This document shows, piece by piece, positions 8,206 to 13,178 of a stretch of 13,178 nucleotides of DNA. A model generated the notes under the pieces. That model was given only the letters and a program-made list of their open reading frames with translations, was not told the origin of the DNA and made no database searches. The stretch is from the NCBI GenBank assembly GCA_043228905.1, contig JBHGNT010000986.1, positions 1-13,178 on the forward strand, written 5' to 3'. Made by a program: the position numbers and the translations under genes. Position 1 is the stretch's first letter; the number at the start of each line of letters is the position of its first letter. This stretch comes from Azolla caroliniana. Lineage: Eukaryota > Plantae > Polypodiophyta.

Positions 8206-11200
8206 GTGAGTGACTGAAGCAAAGTCTACTCTTTGTTTGAATTTTTTAACCTTATCAATTTCGAGTCCATCCCTCAGCATATGATGGCTGAGTGAAGCAA
8301 TTGATTTGGAATTTCTTCATTTACAAAGGAAATCATTGTTGATAAGCTTTAGATTTATTCTGTTGGTTGCTCAGGCTGACAGTCATCACCAGACACAATT
8401 ACAGCAGTCACATCCATCTCAACAATTTGAGAGACTGAAAACTATTGATGCTGTCAGCATATTTAGAAATCCAGGTCGTTTCACAAGACCAGACCGATTT
8501 GTTGTAATCCTTCGAGGACTTCCAGGTTGGTAAATTTCACATGTTCATGTGTGGCTATTGGGGCATCATTCTAGTAACTAAGATTGATCTTCACAAATTT
8601 CAGGCAGTGGTAAAAGCTATCTAGCCAAAGCTTTGCGTGATATTGAGGTAATGAATGGAGGTAGTGCTCCTCGGATACACTCTATGGACGATTATTTTAT
8701 GTCTGAAGTGGAGAAGGTAAGTTATATACTATTGTGTATTCTGAGCACATGACCTCCATTTAAATTTTTGATAATGAACGAATTTTGAAGGTTGAGGAGC
8801 TAGAAATGAGTGCAAGCAGTTTGAGGAGTAAGAAGAAGATAGTCAAGAAGGTGATGGAATATTGCTATGAGCCAGAAATGGAGGAGGTAATGTAAATTTT
8901 GCCAACTGCATATGCTTTTATGAAATCACTGTCTATCTAGGGCCTACACATTTTGTGCATACAAATTTCATTTTTTTGTCAACCCTTACCAAAGGAGTAT
9001 TTATGATGGTCTGCTATGTGTGCTTTGCAGTTCTTTCTTTGATATCAACTAGAGTACTCCATTTGTAGATGTGTTGCTGTAACACTTGTCTCTGAAGATA
9101 ACTTAATTCTCCAGATAATTTAATTCTCCTCAATTTTGATAGGCTTATCGAGCAAGCATGCTGAAAGCTTTTAGGAAAACTTTGGAGGAAGGCATGTTCA
9201 AGTTCATTATTGGTATGGAGGTTTTAGAATTTTATTTTTCATTGATATGTGATGCTATTCTGCAGTAAATTATGTTAGTTTCTAGAAGTAGAGAGAAATT
9301 ATCTTGGTTAGTAATGTTCTCAGTAATAAGGATGCTTGGGCTTGGGAGTTATGAAATATAGTTTAATTGAATGATGTAGATGCGTGAGTTAAAAGTTCTG
9401 CTCAAATATTGTTTTTCCTATACGATTTATGAATTCCACCATTTTGAAAATCGTGCGGTTGGTCTCTACCTCTCAACATTAATGAGACTTATGCAGAAAA
9501 TAGAGACGCATGATGTGCGCATGCATGCTCATATATAAGTTCTATAGCAGTACATTTTAGAATGCCTATTAGTAGGCCATTATAATTACAGGGGAATGTT
9601 TTCCACGAACTTTTCTTTCGGCTAACTCAGCTGCAGTGGTGCTCGCAACACAATATTGACCATTTTGGTTTCTCTCGCATGTGGGCCTCATCTTAGTGGA
9701 TGACCGCAATGTGCTGATAGCTGATTTTGCTCAATTTTGGGCAATTGCCAAGGTATATTATCTCGACTTTAATGGATTGAGTATGCCGCGATTCTTTTTC
9801 CAGTAAATCTGTCTTGTCTTACCTCATTTTTAGAATGATCGATTGTACATTATTAAAGCATATTATTTATCTGCCATTTTACCTGAGTTTGATGTGTAAC
9901 GATAATTCCAGCTCCATCAAACTGGACCACAGCTCATTTTGAGTGTTTTTAAAATTTAAACGCAGACTTGATGATGCGTTTTCTGATGCCTTGATATATT
10001 CAAGAAGTCACCAGAGTTGGTGAGACTTGCTCTTTAGATGATGAAGCACATGTACATAAATGCTGAATTTTCTGCGACACAGTTAAAACCTTATGCTACA
10101 ATTCCCTTGCCAAATACTCATCAGTAATTTGATTACTGTTGCCATTTTGAGCAAAAAACTTGATTATGATATTTTTGAATTATGACAGTCCATCATCCAA
10201 GTCAAATATAAGTAAAGAATGATATATTACTCTGCTGAATGTATGATCCTTGAACCTATTACAACATTATCAATATATGCTTATTCCTCTACCTATAATT
10301 ACCTTTATGGTAGCCATGAAGCTTTACATCTCATTACCATGCCAAGTAAACACTTTTATCTTTGTGAGAGACAATGCAAGTTGCAACTGATGAAGAACCT
10401 GCTTCATATAAAATCTCTATTATCGTACATGTCTTCTATTACAAATTCTTGGAGTCATATGTCATCACATATCTCTTTTTTGATTATCACAAATTACTCG
10501 TGCCACTTCTTTGACCCACTTTCTCTGTTATGCTATCCTATATAGTCAAAATTTGTGTTTCCATTTGAGGGAAATTTGACTCAACAAGGTCATCTAACCT
10601 CATTTTGAACATCACACAACCGTGAAGATACTCATGCAAGGTTCTCATCAATCTTACATTGGATTCCGAGAGACCCAACATATGTTCGTGTAGGTGATTG
10701 TGTGTCTTGCATGTATATTGTTTCACGTATTTGCATGTGACATTGTGAATTTCCATGCATTTTCAAGCAGCAATGAGATGAATGTGGAAATTTTTATAGT
10801 AGTGTAAATTTCATATCTCAAAAGGGATGGGAATCCTAAAAAAACTTAATTATCTAGCCACAAAGTTTCTTATTTTGTCTTGTAGATATAATGTCAACAT
10901 TTGTGTACCTTTTTAGGAGCTCTTGCAGGTAGAATTGTATAATTTAGTCCATTATGCAATGAGAAAACTCAGTACTTTGAAAAGCTATGCTGTAAAGAAT
11001 TTGAAAGAAATGAAATTTGCACCTGTTAATTTATACATAAAACTGTTATAAAGGCATTAAGAAATCCTTACTTTTTCGACTGTTACATTTACAAAATTAT
11101 GTAACCTAGGTGACCTCTTTTATTCTACACTGTACATAAGAAAAAAGCTGTAAGGTAAAGGGTATTTCATGTGGGATTAGATAGCTAAGTTAAAAAAATA

Positions 11201-13178
11201 GATTTGAGAAGGTATTCATAACAGAGTGCTTGAAGTAACGTTATGCTTGTGTTGTTTGCACAGAGGTCTGGATATGAAGTATATGTACTGGAGGCACCAT
11301 ATACTGATGTTAAGGTATTTCTAGATTAATATATAGTTTGCGTAGTGCTTAAGAGTGAAAATTTTATGGTTCTGTCATCCAGTAATTTGTTCTACCATAA
11401 TTTACTTGATTGACTACAGGGTTGTGCTGCGAGAAATGTGCATAACTTTACAGAGGAGCAAGTAAAATCTATGGCTGATCACTGGGAGCCAACCCCTCCG
11501 CTTTATCGAAAGTTGGATGTTTCGGTATGTACAGGAAATCGTGAACCTCTGATCAGTTAACTAATATTTGATCTTCTAACTAATTATTGTAAACCATCCA
11601 GTTGTTATTTCGAGGTGATGATTTGAACACTCAAGATATCATTGAGGTAAGGTATTGAAGGTCATGGGTTCTGTGTAGATATACTAGCATGGAAAAGCAT
11701 AAAAATACCATCACTGGTTGCAGGTTGAGATGGATGCAGATGACATAGAACAGGAGGAAGAAGAAGATTTTCAATCACCGAAAGAGAAATCATTTGGAAC
11801 TAGTGCTGATAGTTCAGGTTTGTCCCTTTACTGTATTGAAGGCCTAATGAGTCACTTTGTGATGCTTAGTGAATTATTTAGTTTCATGCAATAGTTTTGA
11901 CATATTCTCTTGCATTCTCCATATCCAATTACTATAGGACATGCACTTTATGTTTGTACCATAGAGGCGTTGAAGCATAGCCTAGAATGACCGGTCATGG
12001 TACGTCTCTGAGCTGGCGATAAATCATTGGTAGTAGTTACACGGAGGTCCTTTCTCATGAGGTGTCAGTATCAACTCACGACAGAATGTAATGCTATGGA
12101 GGATGAGAACCTAGTTGGGTCCCATATACTTTTACTGGAATGGAGACCATAAAGCGATTACTTGTTCTAATTTTGGATCTATAGGCTTATTGATGACTCA
12201 GTTTATGTGTAGACATGTGTCTCTCCCTGTTATGGACCAACCTTTGGTGAGATTAGGAAGACATGTAGTAGCTTGGCAGACAAAACAACGAAGAATCTTT
12301 CAGACTTCTGCTAATGACTCATAGAGTAGCTTCAACAAGGAATTGTGTATTGAAGCCACTCATATGATGGACCTATCGTACAGAGACTTCAGGAATGTGT
12401 CTTGATATAATCTTTCTTGCTATTTTTTCACATGATCAATTGGCAGTTTGTTTTTTGGTAGGTAGGACATTTGCCATTAACAAGATTTATTGTATACATC
12501 TGATCTGATGACATTTTTAGTGACTTCTTCCTTATGTTTCTTTTACTAATTAGCAATCTGGTGGCTTTCCATGCTTAGGACATGATTTTGTGGGTGCCGT
12601 TGCATTCATACAATCGATCCATGTGAATATGTCTTGTTTTAGATTGTTATTTGATGAAATTGATTTTAATACCTTTGATCAGAGAATTCAACATGGGGGG
12701 ATAGATGGGAGGACAAGAGTGAACCTGCAACTGAATCCAAGGTGTTGCCAGTGGCGAAAAGGCTCATCAAGAATGACAGCCTTGGGCGTGAGAATATCAA
12801 GAAAAGCAATGACAATGCCCTGTCGGGGTTAATGACAACCTATGGTAAAAAAGATAAGTTTGTACATTGGTCAGATAATGAGGTATGTTGTAGCTTTAGA
12901 AGGAAACCAGTTTATCACTATCTTTTTAATATGAGGACTTACAATGTATTCTGATTGGTGCATGGCCTATAGGGTAATTCAAGGAGCAAATTGGGATTTA
13001 CTATAGCATCTCAGAAGGGACCATCTCTTATTATTGGACCTGGTCCTGGGTATAATGGGGTATGTATGTACCACTATAATATTCATATGGTTCCTTATGG
13101 AATGTATTGTAGACTCAGTGAATTGAAATGAAAACGTCAGATTTCCAATCCTGTCATGGCTGAAGATGACAAGTGCCT
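5953..13178 (+). CDS. YLPM1: YLPM1/ZAP3-like P-loop NTPase (polynucleotide-kinase-like) nuclear protein; spliced and 3'-partial: join(5953..8205,8375..8525,8604..8716,8791..8886,9143..9212,9697..9752,11264..11314,11420..11524,11602..11646,11724..11817,12683..12882,12973..13059,13141..>13178)
   Basis: All 12 introns are GT-AG and their phases join into one open frame. The translation contains RPDRFVVILRGLPGSGKSYLAKALRDIE, RIHSMDDYF, MEYCYEPEMEEAYRASMLKAFRKTLEEG, FIIVDDRN, GYEVYVLE, CAARNVH, MADHWEPTP and VEMD, a motif string I recognise as the YLPM1/ZAP3 C-terminal domain. The start ACAATGG at 5953 has an in-frame TAA upstream at 5923-5925. The symbol is that of the animal homolog. Confidence 0.92.
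8191..8300 (+). repeat. Duplicated exon 1/intron 1 junction
   Basis: 8191-8222 CATCCCCAGCATATGGTGAGTGACTGAAGCAA versus 8268-8300 CATCCCTCAGCATATGATGGCTGAGTGAAGCAA (4 mismatches, 1 indel). Confidence 0.8.
8375..8525 (+). CDS. YLPM1: YLPM1-like coding exon 2 (ADSHH...RPDRFVVILRGLP)
   Basis: Acceptor TGCTCAG|GCT; donor CCAG|GTTGGT, phase 1; encodes the first half of the P-loop. Confidence 0.9.
8604..8716 (+). CDS. YLPM1: YLPM1-like coding exon 3 (GSGKSYLAKALRDIEVMNGGSAPRIHSMDDYFMSEVEK)
   Basis: Acceptor TTTCAG|GC; donor AAG|GTAAGT; completes Walker A. Confidence 0.93.
8791..8886 (+). CDS. YLPM1: YLPM1-like coding exon 4 (VEELEMSASSLRSKKKIVKKVMEYCYEPEMEE)
   Basis: Acceptor TTTTGAAG|GTT; donor GAG|GTAATG; 96 nt, phase 0/0. 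Confidence 0.88.
9096..9129 (+). repeat. 17 bp tandem duplication at the 3' end of intron 4
   Basis: AGATAACTTAATTCTCC followed by AGATAATTTAATTCTCC. Confidence 0.85.
9143..9212 (+). CDS. YLPM1: YLPM1-like coding exon 5 (AYRASMLKAFRKTLEEGMFKFII)
   Basis: Acceptor TTGATAG|GCT; donor TTG|GTATGG, phase 1. Confidence 0.92.
9697..9752 (+). CDS. YLPM1: YLPM1-like coding exon 6 (VDDRNVLIADFAQFWAIAK)
   Basis: Acceptor TCTTAG|TG; donor AAG|GTATAT; with exon 5 it forms the Walker-B-like FIIVDD. Confidence 0.92.
11264..11314 (+). CDS. YLPM1: YLPM1-like coding exon 7 (RSGYEVYVLEAPYTDVK)
   Basis: Acceptor TGCACAG|AGG; donor AAG|GTATTT; 51 nt. Confidence 0.9.
11420..11524 (+). CDS. YLPM1: YLPM1-like coding exon 8 (GCAARNVHNFTEEQVKSMADHWEPTPPLYRKLDVS)
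   Basis: Acceptor CTACAG|GGT; donor TCG|GTATGT; 105 nt; conserved RNVH and WE motifs. Confidence 0.92.
11602..11646 (+). CDS. YLPM1: YLPM1-like coding exon 9 (LLFRGDDLNTQDIIE)
   Basis: Acceptor ATCCAG|TTG; donor GAG|GTAAGG; 45 nt. Confidence 0.88.
11724..11817 (+). CDS. YLPM1: YLPM1-like coding exon 10 (VEMDADDIEQEEEEDF...; acidic tract)
   Basis: Acceptor TTGCAG|GTT; donor CAG|GTTTGT, phase 1. Confidence 0.85.
12683..12882 (+). CDS. YLPM1: YLPM1-like coding exon 11 (...GDRWED...NALSGLMTTYGKKDKFVHWSDNE)
   Basis: Acceptor TGATCAG|AG matches phase 1; donor GAG|GTATGT; frame agrees with ORF 12742..12954. Confidence 0.82.
12973..13059 (+). CDS. YLPM1: YLPM1-like coding exon 12 (GNSRSKLGFTIASQKGPSLIIGPGPGYNG)
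   Basis: Acceptor CTATAG|GGT; donor GGG|GTATGT; GFxI...SLxIGPGxGYN motif that I recall from plant members of the family. Confidence 0.85.
13141..13178 (+). CDS. YLPM1: YLPM1-like coding exon 13, truncated by the window end (ISNPVMAEDDKC...)
   Basis: Acceptor CGTCAG|ATT; continues the GYNxxSNP motif in frame. Confidence 0.8.
   Translation, partial: MSNPVMAEDDKC

Noticed and set aside
5941-8217. The 758 aa ORF as a complete stand-alone gene with a TTG start
   Set aside because: It is exon 1 of a spliced gene. The ATG at 5953 has a good context and a consensus donor at 8206 precedes the stop.
8306-8533. 75 aa ORF as an independent gene
   Set aside because: It is exon 2 plus flanking intron read-through; the P-loop is completed only by splicing to 8604.
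12590-12832. 80 aa ORF overlapping exon 11 in another frame
   Set aside because: The conserved-looking motifs and the splice phase support the other frame.

Overview
Eukaryotic (land-plant-type) genomic DNA, AT-rich, with GT-AG introns; not a prokaryotic locus. The right two-thirds (5953 to the window end) holds one + strand spliced gene. It has at least 13 coding exons, which I assembled by hand into a continuous reading frame of about 1119 codons that runs off the window. It encodes a YLPM1/ZAP3-like nuclear protein: an N-terminal CxxCxxxHxxxC motif, a very long Gln/Pro/His-rich low-complexity region, a polynucleotide-kinase-like P-loop domain (GLPGSGKS), an acidic tract and an RVxW-type PP1 docking motif. 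Upstream is a putative ~1.1 kb leader region with several uORFs and a degenerate ~133 bp tandem repeat. The left 4.7 kb is layered transposon debris: a decayed Ty3/Gypsy element (LTR 834-1540, PBS-Met, RT and RNase H remnants), a 5'-truncated LINE 3' end (SHxLxxETGRW plus CCHC motif) whose 5' junction is a 42 bp fold-back hairpin, and a putative MITE inserted in the LINE's microsatellite tail. I see no evidence for a wholly new system. The best leads are the LINE-derived hairpin, the nested TE structure, the uORF-rich leader and the motifs of the plant YLPM1-like protein. All family assignments come from motif recognition, not database searches.
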